From Clostridia bacterium (GTDB lineage: Bacteria; Bacillota; Clostridia; Christensenellales; CAG-1252), in the NCBI GenBank assembly GCA_017394805.1, contig JAFPXC010000020.1, positions 69,578 to 133,577 on the forward strand: DNA of 64,000 nucleotides, written 5' to 3'. The stretch's first letter is position 1. Each line of letters begins with the position of its first letter. Positions 1 to 8,336 of the stretch are shown piece after piece. The notes beneath the pieces are model-generated. The model worked only from the letters and a program-made list of their open reading frames with translations, did not search any database and was not told the DNA's origin. The translations under genes were made by a program, and so were the position numbers.

Positions 1-587
1 ATGCTTTTGTTGATGACGGCGATGAAGTACACCCATTCGGCGATTTCGCGTTCGGACGCCCACTTGCCGAGCAAACTCTCGGCCAAGGCCGCCTCGAAGA
101 GGGCGGGATCGTCTATGACGGGGGCGTTGCTTTGCGTCAGTACGCCGCCCGGCGAGAGGCTGTTGGCGGTGGCGCCGTATTTTGCCAACCGAAGCGCCGC
201 GTTTTTGGTGTAGGTGACCACGCCTCCTTTGGAGGCGGAGTATTGCGGAAACTCGGATCCGTTGGTGGCGGAGGCCGAGGCTATGGTGACGAGCGCTTTG
301 ATATGGGGCTGTACGGCGTAGGTCTCGATGGCGTTGATGGTGCCCTTGAGGTTGACGTCGATCGCGTCCTCGTCGGGGAGTTGCACGCCGGCGGCCGTGA
401 CGAGAATCTCCACGCCGTCTACGGCGGGTAGGGGATCGCGTACGTCGGCGAGAATATGCGAATAATCGGCGTCGCGAATGGCGGCGGGCAGTATATCCAA
501 CCCGACGACTTCGTGCCCTTTTTCGAGGAATAGAATTGCGGTCGCTTTGCCGATGCCGCTACTTGCACCCGTGATTAAGACTTTCAT
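1..587 (-). CDS. SDR-family short-chain dehydrogenase/reductase (3' end runs off the window start)
   Basis: Reverse-strand ATG at 587 gives MKVLITGASSGIGKAT (TGxxxGxG Rossmann motif). YSASK (YxxxK catalytic motif) lies further on. I translated the frame by hand and it stays open to position 1. ATGA overlap with the stop of the upstream gene (584-587). Absent from the ORF track because it is edge-truncated. Confidence 0.8.
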   Translation of the reverse strand, partial: MKVLITGASSGIGKATAILFLEKGHEVVGLDILPAAIRDADYSHILADVRDPLPAVDGVEILVTAAGVQLPDEDAIDVNLKGTINAIETYAVQPHIKALVTIASASATNGSEFPQYSASKGGVVTYTKNAALRLAKYGATANSLSPGGVLTQSNAPVIDDPALFEAALAESLLGKWASEREIAEWVYFIAVINKS

Positions 588-1324
588 TTGTAGTTCTCCT
601 TGCACCAATCGATATATGCCTGCCCGACGCTTTCGTCTTCCATCTTCTTGACGATGCGGTAGCCGATGGGAGAGAAAACGACCTCAAACAGCAATTCGGC
701 CACGGCGCCCGTGACGGCGCACGTCAGACATTGCACGATGCTCCAGCCGAAGAAATGCAGGCTGACGATGAGCGCGAAGAGCAGATTGTCGACGAATTGC
801 GCGATGAACGTAGATACGTAACTGCTCACCGAAAACGCCACGAAATTGTGGTTTTTGAAGGCGCGATTGATGACGAAATGCAGAATATTGTTGAGGATCG
901 CCGAGGAAATGAACGCAACCGAACTGCCCAATATGACGAACCAAGAGGAAGCGATGGTGGCGTCTATTGAAGCGTTGATGACGCCTTCCGACCCTTCGAC
1001 GTAACTTTGCGACCAAGTGCCGGGGATATAGGAGATGGCAAACAGAAGCAACGCGACGGTCAAATTGATGATCAACGCCCCGACGGACAGCATATTGCCC
1101 GCGCGTACGCCGAAGCGGCGCGTGACGATGTCCATCACCAAGAAGCAGATCCAAGAGAAGAGAATGCCGCAGTCCAAGGCAAGCCAGTCGACGCCCAAAT
1201 CGATGCTCTTGTTGGCGAGCAAATTCATGCAGACGACGGATACGGCAAGCAGGGCAAACAAATAGGCGGGTACGTTGCGTAGTAAAAGGGAAAAATCCGT
1301 AAATAAGCGCTTGATTTTAGTCAA
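584..1324 (-). CDS. yhhQ: Queuosine-precursor transporter, YhhQ/VUT (DUF165) family membrane protein
   Basis: 246-aa polytopic membrane protein resembling the YhhQ family. TTG start at 1324 preceded by AAGGAGG with 8-nt spacing. Directly preceded by a preQ1-I riboswitch-like element, the usual regulatory partner of this family. Confidence 0.75.
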   Translation of the reverse strand: MTKIKRLFTDFSLLLRNVPAYLFALLAVSVVCMNLLANKSIDLGVDWLALDCGILFSWICFLVMDIVTRRFGVRAGNMLSVGALIINLTVALLLFAISYIPGTWSQSYVEGSEGVINASIDATIASSWFVILGSSVAFISSAILNNILHFVINRAFKNHNFVAFSVSSYVSTFIAQFVDNLLFALIVSLHFFGWSIVQCLTCAVTGAVAELLFEVVFSPIGYRIVKKMEDESVGQAYIDWCKENYK

Positions 1325-1332
1325 AATATTGA

Positions 1333-1375
1333 CCTCCTTGTTTTTTATTAAAGATGGTTAGGCAAGGAACATCTT
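1333..1375 (-). promoter_or_regulatory. preQ1-I riboswitch (translational, sequesters the SD)
   Basis: The minus strand reads AAGAUGUUCCUUGCCUAACCAUCUUUAAUAAAAAACAAGGAGG. P1 is AGAUG/CAUCU. The loop starts with UUC. There is an A-rich tail, and loop CCUUG can pair with tail CAAGG, which is the SD. The architecture is nearly superimposable on the B. subtilis queC and T. tengcongensis preQ1-I aptamers as I remember them. Confidence 0.72.
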
Positions 1376-1381
1376 TATTGT

Positions 1382-1410
1382 ATTGTAACACGGCGAGGAC
1401 GTAAAGGCAA
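1382..1410 (-). promoter_or_regulatory. Putative sigma-A promoter of the riboswitch-yhhQ transcript
   Basis: Minus strand TTGCCT - 17 nt - TACAAT. The predicted TSS falls about 7 nt downstream, at the 5' edge of the aptamer. Confidence 0.5.
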
Positions 1411-1445
1411 TTGATTTTTAGCATATAAAAATGTAAAAGTGGCAA

Positions 1446-1727
1446 GTATACGTTATGTACTGTACATTTTGTATCGTGATAACGAGTAAAACAGTAGAAG
1501 ATATACGTAACGTATAGTATTGACAAAATATATACGTTTTGTATAGGAGTTCCTATGTATATACGTTTTGTGAAGAAAACCGCGTTTGTTGTATATACGT
1601 TTTGTATAGAAACGATGCTTATAGTATGGTTTTAGACTTTTGGAAAATGGAAAAGAGTATAAATTGTATAGTTTGCTATGAAATTATACAAAACGTATAG
1701 TCGTAGACTGCTGTACGTTTTGCATGT
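1446..1727. repeat. Cluster of about 9 copies of the palindromic motif (C)TRTAC-N5-GTAYA(G), locus 1
   Basis: Sites at 1447-1461, 1460-1476, 1501-1517, 1530-1546, 1560-1574 (degenerate), 1593-1609, 1684-1700 and 1711-1727, plus a right half-site at 1666-1671. The 18-mer TATATACGTTTTGTATAG is identical at 1529-1546 and 1592-1609, with a 15/18 copy at 1558-1575. The cluster lies between the divergent yhhQ and oxidoreductase promoters. Confidence 0.85.
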
Positions 1728-1778
1728 AATCCCCGCGGACGATTAACTGTCCTCGTACGCGCACGCGCTAAAAGCGTC

Positions 1779-1806
1779 TTGACTTTTTTGCAAAATATAC
1801 TATAAT
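1779..1806 (+). promoter_or_regulatory. Putative sigma-A promoter of the oxidoreductase/carbonic anhydrase pair
   Basis: TTGACT - 16 nt - TATAAT. The ATG at 1825 lies 18 nt after the -10, so the leader is very short and has only a weak AGG. Confidence 0.5.
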
Positions 1807-1824
1807 AATATCAGGTATACCGTT

Positions 1825-3138
1825 ATGAGCAAGATTATCGTAGTTGGATTGGGGCACGGCGGGTTGATTGCCGCCGCGAAATTGGCCGAATCGGGCCACG
1901 AAGTCGTTATCTTCGAGAAGCGTTTGCCGCACGAGATTGGGCACGAATGGGAAGATAGATTCGACTTCGACCTCTTGGCGCGGATAATCGGCAAGGATAT
2001 CGCGGACTTCCCCGAGGGGAGTTGGCGGTATAGGGGAGATTGCACCTTCGTCAGCCCCGACAAGCGTACCGTGATAGACGTGCATTTTGCGAAAGACAAG
2101 CGGCAAAAAATCATGTGGCGCAAGCCGCTGATCGGGATGCTCGTCGACTACGCCCGCAGCAAAGGCGTGGAGATACGCTACCAAACGGAAGTCTCCGCGC
2201 CCGTTGTCAAGGACGGCAAGGTGGTCGGCGTCATCGTCGAGGGCGAAAAGGCGTATGCCGACCTCGTCGTTGACGCGTCGGGCGTATTCTCCGTCCTGCG
2301 CAAACAACTCCCCGACGATTGGGGAATAGAGAAAGAGCCGACGCGCGGCGACGTGTTCTACGCCAACCGCGCCTATTACGCTCGAGTCGACGGATACCCC
2401 ACCCCCGTCGTTCCTTTCGAGATCTACTTGATACACGAGGGCGAGCAGGGGCTGTCGTGGCTATGCACCAACGAGGACTCGGTGGACGTGTTGATCGGTC
2501 GCGTTTATCCCATAGACGAGGCCAAAGTAGAGGAACAACTGCGCATTTTCCGCGCGTCGCACCCGTGGCTCGGCGAGAAAGTACGGTGCGGCGGCAACTT
2601 TGCCGTCATTCCCGTGCGCAGGCCCTTGACGCGCATGGTGGGCGAGGGGTATGCCGCCGTGGGTGATTCGGCTTTTATGACCACGCCGATGAACGGTATG
2701 GGCATCGACTTGTCCCTACGAGCGGGGGAGATATTGGCCGAGAGCATAGGCGAAAAGGGCGTGACGATAGACGCCTTGTGGGCGTATAACCGCAAGTACC
2801 TCGCCACGGTGGGTGCCGCGGCCGCCAAGAACGAGGGGCTCAAAAACGCCTTGCTCAATCTACCGCCCGAGGGCGTGGATTTCTTGTACGAAAGCGGCGT
2901 CGTCGAGGCGGAAGACCTATCGGGCGGCGGCAAAAATATGACCTTTCGGCGGCTTATGCGCAAGTTGATACACGGTATGAAACGCCCCAAATACTTCTTC
3001 GCCATCGTCAAAGGGCTGATGAAAGGCGGCAAAATGACCAAATTGTATGCAAATCCGCCGCAAAACTTCGACTGCGAGGCCATCGCCGAATGGTCGCGTA
3101 AGATCGAGCAAAACGTCGTGAAAGTGGAGGAAAGATGA
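1825..3138 (+). CDS. FAD-dependent oxidoreductase (geranylgeranyl-reductase / phytoene-desaturase-like fold)
   Basis: 437 aa. The N-terminal sequence IIVVGLGHGGLIAAAKLAESGHEVVIFEKR is a GxGxxG-x17-E dinucleotide-binding motif. A GDSA-type FAD motif (AAVGDSAF) lies near residue 290. Confidence 0.75.
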   Translation: MSKIIVVGLGHGGLIAAAKLAESGHEVVIFEKRLPHEIGHEWEDRFDFDLLARIIGKDIADFPEGSWRYRGDCTFVSPDKRTVIDVHFAKDKRQKIMWRKPLIGMLVDYARSKGVEIRYQTEVSAPVVKDGKVVGVIVEGEKAYADLVVDASGVFSVLRKQLPDDWGIEKEPTRGDVFYANRAYYARVDGYPTPVVPFEIYLIHEGEQGLSWLCTNEDSVDVLIGRVYPIDEAKVEEQLRIFRASHPWLGEKVRCGGNFAVIPVRRPLTRMVGEGYAAVGDSAFMTTPMNGMGIDLSLRAGEILAESIGEKGVTIDALWAYNRKYLATVGAAAAKNEGLKNALLNLPPEGVDFLYESGVVEAEDLSGGGKNMTFRRLMRKLIHGMKRPKYFFAIVKGLMKGGKMTKLYANPPQNFDCEAIAEWSRKIEQNVVKVEER

Positions 3139-3668
3139 ATCAAATAGATATTTTGGAGCGGTTGTGGGAAGGCAACCGCGAATACGTCAAGAGCGGTAGG
3201 TACAAAGGGAACGTGGGCGAAAGTTTGCGCTCGTCGCTGGCCGCCAAACAAAGCCCGTTGGCCGTGGTCGTGACTTGCTCGGACTCTCGCGTGGTGCCCG
3301 AGGTGATTTTCGGCGCGGATTTGGGCGAGTTGTTCGTCGTTCGCGTGGCGGGCAACGTGCTGGGCGACGTTGAGTTGGCTAGTATCGAATACGCCACGGC
3401 GCATTTGGGCGTCAAAGTCGTCGTCGTGCTTGGGCATACCGCGTGCGGGGCAATCGCCGCCGCCATAGCGGGGGAGGAAGAAGGCCTCGTGGGGACGATA
3501 ACCGCGCCCATTCGCAAAATCATCGCAGGCGAGCAAAACGCCTACAAAGCCGCCGTTAAAAACGTCGTCTATCAGGTAGGCGTTGTCGAAGAGACCTTTG
3601 GCGAAGCGAACGTGGAAGCGGTCGGCGCCATATACGACGTGTCCAAGGGCACGATTGAGTTTTTGTAA
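3135..3668 (+). CDS. Beta-class carbonic anhydrase
   Basis: 177 aa with the zinc ligand motifs CSDSRV and HTACGA. ATGA start/stop overlap with the upstream oxidoreductase gene. Confidence 0.85.
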   Translation: MNQIDILERLWEGNREYVKSGRYKGNVGESLRSSLAAKQSPLAVVVTCSDSRVVPEVIFGADLGELFVVRVAGNVLGDVELASIEYATAHLGVKVVVVLGHTACGAIAAAIAGEEEGLVGTITAPIRKIIAGEQNAYKAAVKNVVYQVGVVEETFGEANVEAVGAIYDVSKGTIEFL

Positions 3669-3699
3669 ATTATAACCTTGTTAAAAGGAGGATTTATCT

Positions 3700-5286
3700 A
3701 TGAAAAAAATAGGCATAGTTACGCTAATTGCCATCACGCTGTGCCTCGTGCTGGCGTTCACGGCTTGTACGCCTACGCCTGCGTCCAAAGTGTTCGATGC
3801 AAAGAAGTTCGACACTTCGGTGAATACGAAAGTGTTGACGCAGGCCGTCAAAGTGACCGAATTGGACGGGTATTCGTTGAATAATCGCGCCAACGGATTG
3901 ATGTTGTTCAGCAAAATCAACGGCACCAAAAACGAGTATATTGTGTACGACGCCGTAGCCGAACGCGTCGTAAAGGCCTATTCGGAGGATACCAACGTTA
4001 AATACGCAATTACGCTGCAGTCGGTCAATTTCGTCGACGGTGTGTTCTATGTATTGCGCACGCGTACCGGTGCGACGGAAGCCGAATATTCGTATAAATA
4101 CGAGTTGATCGAGGCAAACGGCGAGACCGTCGCCGAGCAAACGACAGACTATGTGATTGACAACGTAATAAACGTTCGTGCGGACGTCATCCTGTTTGAT
4201 AATACGCTGTATCGCATCGGCGGCGATAATAAAATCGACAAAATCAAAGAGTTGAACGATTTGACCGGCGTTATTCCCAATTTCGACAGCAAGCGGAACG
4301 GCTGTTACTACGACTTCGATGGCGATAAATTTACCGTTTACGACGAGGATTTCGACGTGATCTACTATTATGAGGCACCCAACTACGCCACGAATCCCAA
4401 CTTCAACGTGTTGGATAACGGCAATGTGCTGACTACCTATTCGATACCGAAAATGGATACGGACAACAAGTACGTTTATATCCAAGTGCAAAACAACGCC
4501 GCCAAGAAATACGACCTGCGTCAGTTGGTCATCAACCCCAAAAAGGGCAAAATATCTCAGTTGGAGAATAAATATTATATCGCGTTTGCCTCGTCGCGCT
4601 ACGAGGACGACGGCGAAGACGTTTTCAATGGGCTCAACAAAAAATACGTCAACGTGGCCTGCATCTATCCCATCGAAGACGGGTATCTCAAAAACAACAA
4701 TTCGGACTCTATAATCGTGAGCATAGGCAACGACGGCTTGCCGGGGGATATCCTCAACGCGACCATCGAGGGCGAGCAAGGCTTTGAGTGCATCTCCAAG
4801 GATAGAGTCATCATCAACGACTGGTTCGGCAATAGTTATTTGTGCAACTACAAGGGAAAGGTCATCGGCAAAGTGACGAACAAAATCGGCTATAACGAAA
4901 CCTTCGTCATCGGTGCCGAAAACGTGTACGATATGGACCTCAAAGTGGTGTGCGCCTATGCGAAAGCGGGGTACGACTACGAGTTCTGCTTGGGCAACAG
5001 CGTTGTGCTGAGTAAGGAAGTAGACGGCAAGGTGCAGTATAAACGCTTGACTGCCGATAGCGTTTTGCACGATCTTTGCGACGATAGCGCGAACTTTACC
5101 AGACAAAGCGCGTATTATTCGGTGCGTAAGAACATCGGCAAATACGAACTGTATAACTGCGACAGCGATTTGATCTGGACGGCGGAAAGCCCGATTTCCG
5201 TGTATGCGGATACGTGGGGCGCAAGACAATACGGTCTTGTCAAGGTAAACGAGAGTGGCAGCAACGTATATTATATCTTGCATTAA
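3700..5286 (+). CDS. Lipoprotein of unknown function
   Basis: 528 aa. AAAGGAGG SD 8 nt upstream. Signal peptide MKKIGIVTLIAITLCLVLAFTAC with the lipobox LAFTAC. N/K/Y/D-rich mature part with no catalytic motif that I recognise. Confidence 0.75.
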   Translation: MKKIGIVTLIAITLCLVLAFTACTPTPASKVFDAKKFDTSVNTKVLTQAVKVTELDGYSLNNRANGLMLFSKINGTKNEYIVYDAVAERVVKAYSEDTNVKYAITLQSVNFVDGVFYVLRTRTGATEAEYSYKYELIEANGETVAEQTTDYVIDNVINVRADVILFDNTLYRIGGDNKIDKIKELNDLTGVIPNFDSKRNGCYYDFDGDKFTVYDEDFDVIYYYEAPNYATNPNFNVLDNGNVLTTYSIPKMDTDNKYVYIQVQNNAAKKYDLRQLVINPKKGKISQLENKYYIAFASSRYEDDGEDVFNGLNKKYVNVACIYPIEDGYLKNNNSDSIIVSIGNDGLPGDILNATIEGEQGFECISKDRVIINDWFGNSYLCNYKGKVIGKVTNKIGYNETFVIGAENVYDMDLKVVCAYAKAGYDYEFCLGNSVVLSKEVDGKVQYKRLTADSVLHDLCDDSANFTRQSAYYSVRKNIGKYELYNCDSDLIWTAESPISVYADTWGARQYGLVKVNESGSNVYYILH

Positions 5287-5320
5287 GCCGTAGCAACCGA
5301 TACCCCCTAGCGGTATGCAC

Positions 5321-5361
5321 AAAAAAAACGCTTCTTCTCTTGGCGGAAGAAGCGTTTTTTA
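5321..5361. terminator. Bidirectional intrinsic terminator between convergent genes
   Basis: A8 run, stem ACGCTTCTTC (5328-5337) / GAAGAAGCGT (5346-5355), then a T6 run. Confidence 0.8.
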
Positions 5362-5373
5362 TGCGCTGCAAAA

Positions 5374-7077
5374 TCAGTTGAGTTTGGCTGAGAAGTCCGC
5401 GATGCCCGCGTTGACGGCCTGCATCACCTTGGCCACCGTGCCCTCGCGGAAGGGGTTGTCGAGGTGCGCCAAATCGAGAAGGGCAAAGTAGCCGCGACTG
5501 CCGCCCGCGCGGCACAGGGCGAGATAGTCCGTCCACGCCGTTTGGTGGTCGGCGCGGTCTTTGGCGAAGAATTGGAACGCGCACACTTGCGCCAAGGCGT
5601 AGTCCACGTAGTAGAATGGGTAGAGGAAGATATGCTGTTTTTGCATCCAGAAGCCGCCCTCTGCGAGGAACTCGTTGCCGTCGTAGTCACGCCAAGGCAG
5701 GTATTTTTGCTCTATCTCGTGCCATACGGCGCGGCGCTCTTTGGCGGTCATTGCGGGCTTCTCGAATACGCGGTGCTGGAACTCGTCCACCGACACCAGG
5801 TAGGGAATGCAGGTGAGGGCGCCGACGAGGTGCGCGTAGCGGTATTTGTCCGCCGCTTCTTTTCCGAAGAACTTGTCCGCATAGGGGTAGGCGAAGTGCT
5901 CCATCGACATGGAGTGTATCTCGTCCACTTCGCTGGTTGACCACACCATTTCGCTGAGGGGTTGCGTTTTGGCGGCCGTATAGGCCTCGAACGCGTGCCC
6001 CGCTTCGTGCGTCAAAACGTCCACGTCGGCCGAGGTGCCGTTGAAGTTGGAGAAGATGAAGGGCGCGCCCAACGAGCCGAGGAAGGTGCAGTAGCCGCCC
6101 ATATGTTTGTTGGGGCGAGTCTCCAGATCGAACAATTCGTAGTCGCACATAAACTTGAAAAACTCCGCCGTTTCGGGGGAGAGCGCTTGATAGAACTCGA
6201 GCGCTTTGCCTACCAAAACGTCCTTGCCGCCGATGGGATTTGCGTTGCCGTCGGGGAAGAGGAGTTCTTCGTCGTAGTAGCGCAATTTGTCTACGCCCAG
6301 CCGTTTGGCTTGTTCGGCGTGCAGACGGGCGCACACGGGCACGATCTCGTCGCGCACTTGGTCGCGGAAGGCGGCCACGTCTTTGGCGGTGTAGTCGTAG
6401 CGCTCGCGTTGCAGATAGATATAGTCGATATAACTGTCAAAGCCCAACGCTTGCGCTTTTTTGACGCGCAGCGCCACCAACTTGTCGTAGATGGCGTCCA
6501 ACTTGTCCGAAATGCTCTCGTACAAGGCCGCCCATTTCTCAAAGGCCTCTTTGCGCTCGGCGCGGTCGGTCGAATTCATGTGTTTGAGTAGACCGTAGAA
6601 GTTGCACGTTTCGCCGCGGAAATCGCACGACGCCATGGCCGCCGTCTTGGAATACTCTCGCCCGAGTTTTTCCTCGCGGATCATCATGGGGACGATTTTG
6701 GCGTTCATCAGTTTGAGTGAGGTCTCGAGGTTTTTGACCACCAAGTCGCTGTAACGCTCGGCAAGCGCGCCGACGTAGGGGGAGGCCACGACGGCTTTGT
6801 TGAACTTCTTCATTTTGAGTTGCAGTTTGGCGGCGAAGCCGTCCAAAAACTCCATCTCGCCCTCGTAGAACTTGTCGCTCATATCCATCGTGTTGCGGAT
6901 AGAGGCCACGGTGAACATGGTTTCGATTTCTTTACCTTGGCGATCCACGTCGGCGTAGATGCGGCACAATTCGTTGCCCGATTTGACTTTTTTGACTTGC
7001 TTGATGGCTTCGTCGAGTTGGGCGTAGAGAGCCGCTTCGTCGGGGCGCACGTATTTGATTTCGCTGAATTTTTGCAT
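5374..7077 (-). CDS. pepF: Oligoendopeptidase F (M3B metallopeptidase)
   Basis: 567 aa from the ATG at 7077 (TAAGGAGATAACT upstream). HEAGHAF zinc motif. The ORF-track entry 5374..7527 carries a spurious 150-aa N-terminal extension across the upstream terminator. Confidence 0.85.
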   Translation of the reverse strand: MQKFSEIKYVRPDEAALYAQLDEAIKQVKKVKSGNELCRIYADVDRQGKEIETMFTVASIRNTMDMSDKFYEGEMEFLDGFAAKLQLKMKKFNKAVVASPYVGALAERYSDLVVKNLETSLKLMNAKIVPMMIREEKLGREYSKTAAMASCDFRGETCNFYGLLKHMNSTDRAERKEAFEKWAALYESISDKLDAIYDKLVALRVKKAQALGFDSYIDYIYLQRERYDYTAKDVAAFRDQVRDEIVPVCARLHAEQAKRLGVDKLRYYDEELLFPDGNANPIGGKDVLVGKALEFYQALSPETAEFFKFMCDYELFDLETRPNKHMGGYCTFLGSLGAPFIFSNFNGTSADVDVLTHEAGHAFEAYTAAKTQPLSEMVWSTSEVDEIHSMSMEHFAYPYADKFFGKEAADKYRYAHLVGALTCIPYLVSVDEFQHRVFEKPAMTAKERRAVWHEIEQKYLPWRDYDGNEFLAEGGFWMQKQHIFLYPFYYVDYALAQVCAFQFFAKDRADHQTAWTDYLALCRAGGSRGYFALLDLAHLDNPFREGTVAKVMQAVNAGIADFSAKLN

Positions 7078-7248
7078 AGTTATCTCCTTATAGTTGTATA
7101 TGAAAACCATATCATATTTTGACGAATTAGTCAACAATGGCGGCGCATCTTTTTGCTCGTATAGCGCGAACTGCCGCTTACGCTTCGGCTTGACCTGACG
7201 ATCACGGACGAATGCGCGGTTTACAGACGAATTGAAAGAGTAAAGCAC

Positions 7249-7290
7249 AAAAAAACGCGTCTCCCGTGTGGCGAGAGACGCGTTGTTTTT
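7249..7290 (-). terminator. Intrinsic terminator after the small membrane protein gene
   Basis: Stem ACGCGTCTC (7255-7263) / GAGACGCGT (7275-7283). On the minus strand it is followed by a T7 run. Confidence 0.75.
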
Positions 7291-7295
7291 GATCG

Positions 7296-7577
7296 TCAAC
7301 TGAACAAATTGGCAAACCACCGCGTGAGGGCTTCTATGCCGCCCGTGGCGACTTTGACGATAATAAGGACGCCGAAGACGATGAGGGTAAGTATCAACCC
7401 GCAGAAGAAAGAGCGCGAGAAGTTGCGTACGTTGACGTTGTTGGACCTGCTCAACGAGTTGATCAGCAGTACGATGAAGCCGACGATGGGCACGGCGTAC
7501 AATATGCTCAACCCGAAATAATGCCAAGGGCTGATGGGTGATTTGTCACCGGGTGCGTTGGAATAGTCTTTGCTCAT
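7296..7577 (-). CDS. Small membrane protein (2 predicted TM helices), unknown function
   Basis: 93 aa. AAGGAGATATCT precedes the ATG. Two hydrophobic stretches. A terminator follows directly. Confidence 0.6.
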   Translation of the reverse strand: MSKDYSNAPGDKSPISPWHYFGLSILYAVPIVGFIVLLINSLSRSNNVNVRNFSRSFFCGLILTLIVFGVLIIVKVATGGIEALTRWFANLFS

Positions 7578-7672
7578 AGATATCTCCTTTTTGATGCGGC
7601 TATGCCGCGTATGGATTTATTATTGCACGATAGTGCGGCGAAGTCAAGCGCGCGGAGCATCTCACGGAAATG

Positions 7673-7963
7673 CTATTTTTGCAAGGACTTGAGATAATTC
7701 TTGCATTCGTACATTCGGTTGTCGGCGCGGTTGTCGTAATCTTCGCCTTCCGGCAAGACGACGAATTCGTCGCCGCCGTTGCGATAGACGGGACTATGCT
7801 TGAATTGATTGCAGATGAGCGTGCACGCGTTGCGGAGCAGTTTTTCGACTTCGAGAAGACCTCGTTGTTGACGATAAACAGCAAGGCAATGGCAAGTATC
7901 GGCACGATCGAATACATTTATTTCTCCCAATATCTCTTTGTTGTAAGTAAAATATTGTAGCAC
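7673..7963 (-). pseudogene. Remnant or miniaturised GGDEF (diguanylate cyclase) domain
   Basis: The 96-aa frame contains RNGGDEFVVL and a RADNRMYECK tail (compare RADxAlYxAK). It lacks the N-terminal half of the domain and about 40 aa between the two motifs. There is only a GTG start and no SD. Confidence 0.45.
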
Positions 7964-8084
7964 AGATAGACTGTGTATTCAATTAAAACTGAATAATAAT
8001 CCGCATTTAGTCGACGAATACCGACAAATAAGTTCCGACACGAGGCATATTGTAATGTTTTTCAAAATAATTTGCAAAAAGTAA

Positions 8085-8113
8085 TTGCTTTTTGGGACGA
8101 TGTGGTTTATAAT
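8085..8113 (+). promoter_or_regulatory. Putative sigma-A promoter of the tRNA-Ala gene
   Basis: TTGCTT - 17 nt - TATAAT, 18 nt upstream of the mature tRNA 5' end. Confidence 0.55.
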
Positions 8114-8130
8114 CTATAATGCAAACGCGT

Positions 8131-8206
8131 GGGGGCATGGCTCAGTTGGTAGAGCGATACGTTCGCAACGTATAGGCCAGGGGTTCGAATCCCCTTGTCT
8201 CCACCA
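8131..8206 (+). tRNA. tRNA-Ala (anticodon CGC), CCA encoded
   Basis: Hand-folded cloverleaf. Acceptor GGGGGCA/TGTCTCC with the Ala identity pair G3:U70. D arm GCTC-AGTTGGTA-GAGC. Anticodon stem ATACG/CGTAT with loop TTCGCAA. T arm AGGGG-TTCGAAT-CCCCT. 3' CCA. Confidence 0.93.
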
Positions 8207-8212
8207 CTTCAA

Positions 8213-8239
8213 AGCGACCGAGATTCGGTCGCTTTTTTC
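8213..8239 (+). terminator. Intrinsic terminator of tRNA-Ala
   Basis: AGCGACCG / CGGTCGCT stem with a 5-nt loop, followed by T6. Confidence 0.75.
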
Positions 8240-8336
8240 GTGGTGGAGAGAAGGGGCTCCTCACCCCGACCTACGGCCAGGCTGCACCCCTCGCTACGCT
8301 CGTGTGGAAGGCTCCTCATGAGCGGTCGCTTTTTTC
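8240..8336 (-). other. Inverted tRNA-Ala 3'-end-like fragment bracketed by a 14-bp direct repeat
   Basis: The minus strand reads ...GGTCGGGGTGAGGAGCCCCTTCTCTCCACCA, against the tRNA 3' part GGCCAGGGGTTCGAATCCCCTTGTCTCCACCA. The T-stem and acceptor 3' strand are conserved, but the T-loop is replaced and there is no matching 5' acceptor strand. CGGTCGCTTTTTTC occurs at 8226-8239 and again at 8323-8336. Confidence 0.5.

Noticed and set aside
3724-5322. 532-aa minus-strand ORF antisense to the lipoprotein gene. Similar long shadow ORFs occur at 12699..13529, 32239..33525, 36054..37544, 47835..49118, 48997..50808, 53199..54302 and 61515..62528.
   Set aside because: These are GC-rich-genome shadow ORFs opposite well-supported genes (pgi, dnaJ, dnaK, mutS and others). 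Their composition is R/H/V/G-biased, and they have no SD and no motifs.
5374-7527. N-terminal extensions in the ORF track: pepF to 7527, mutS to 34674, clpC to 42352, lepA to 58754, hrcA to 52484, dnaX from 19196, galU to 43415, dinB from 42111
   Set aside because: The extensions cross terminators, promoters or other genes and have aberrant composition. Internal ATGs with good SDs (or leaderless promoters) give N-termini that match the expected family starts.
8240-8322. Functional second tRNA or tmRNA on the minus strand
   Set aside because: Only the T-stem and the 3' acceptor strand are tRNA-like. There is no complementary 5' acceptor strand, D-arm or anticodon arm. It is far too short for tmRNA.
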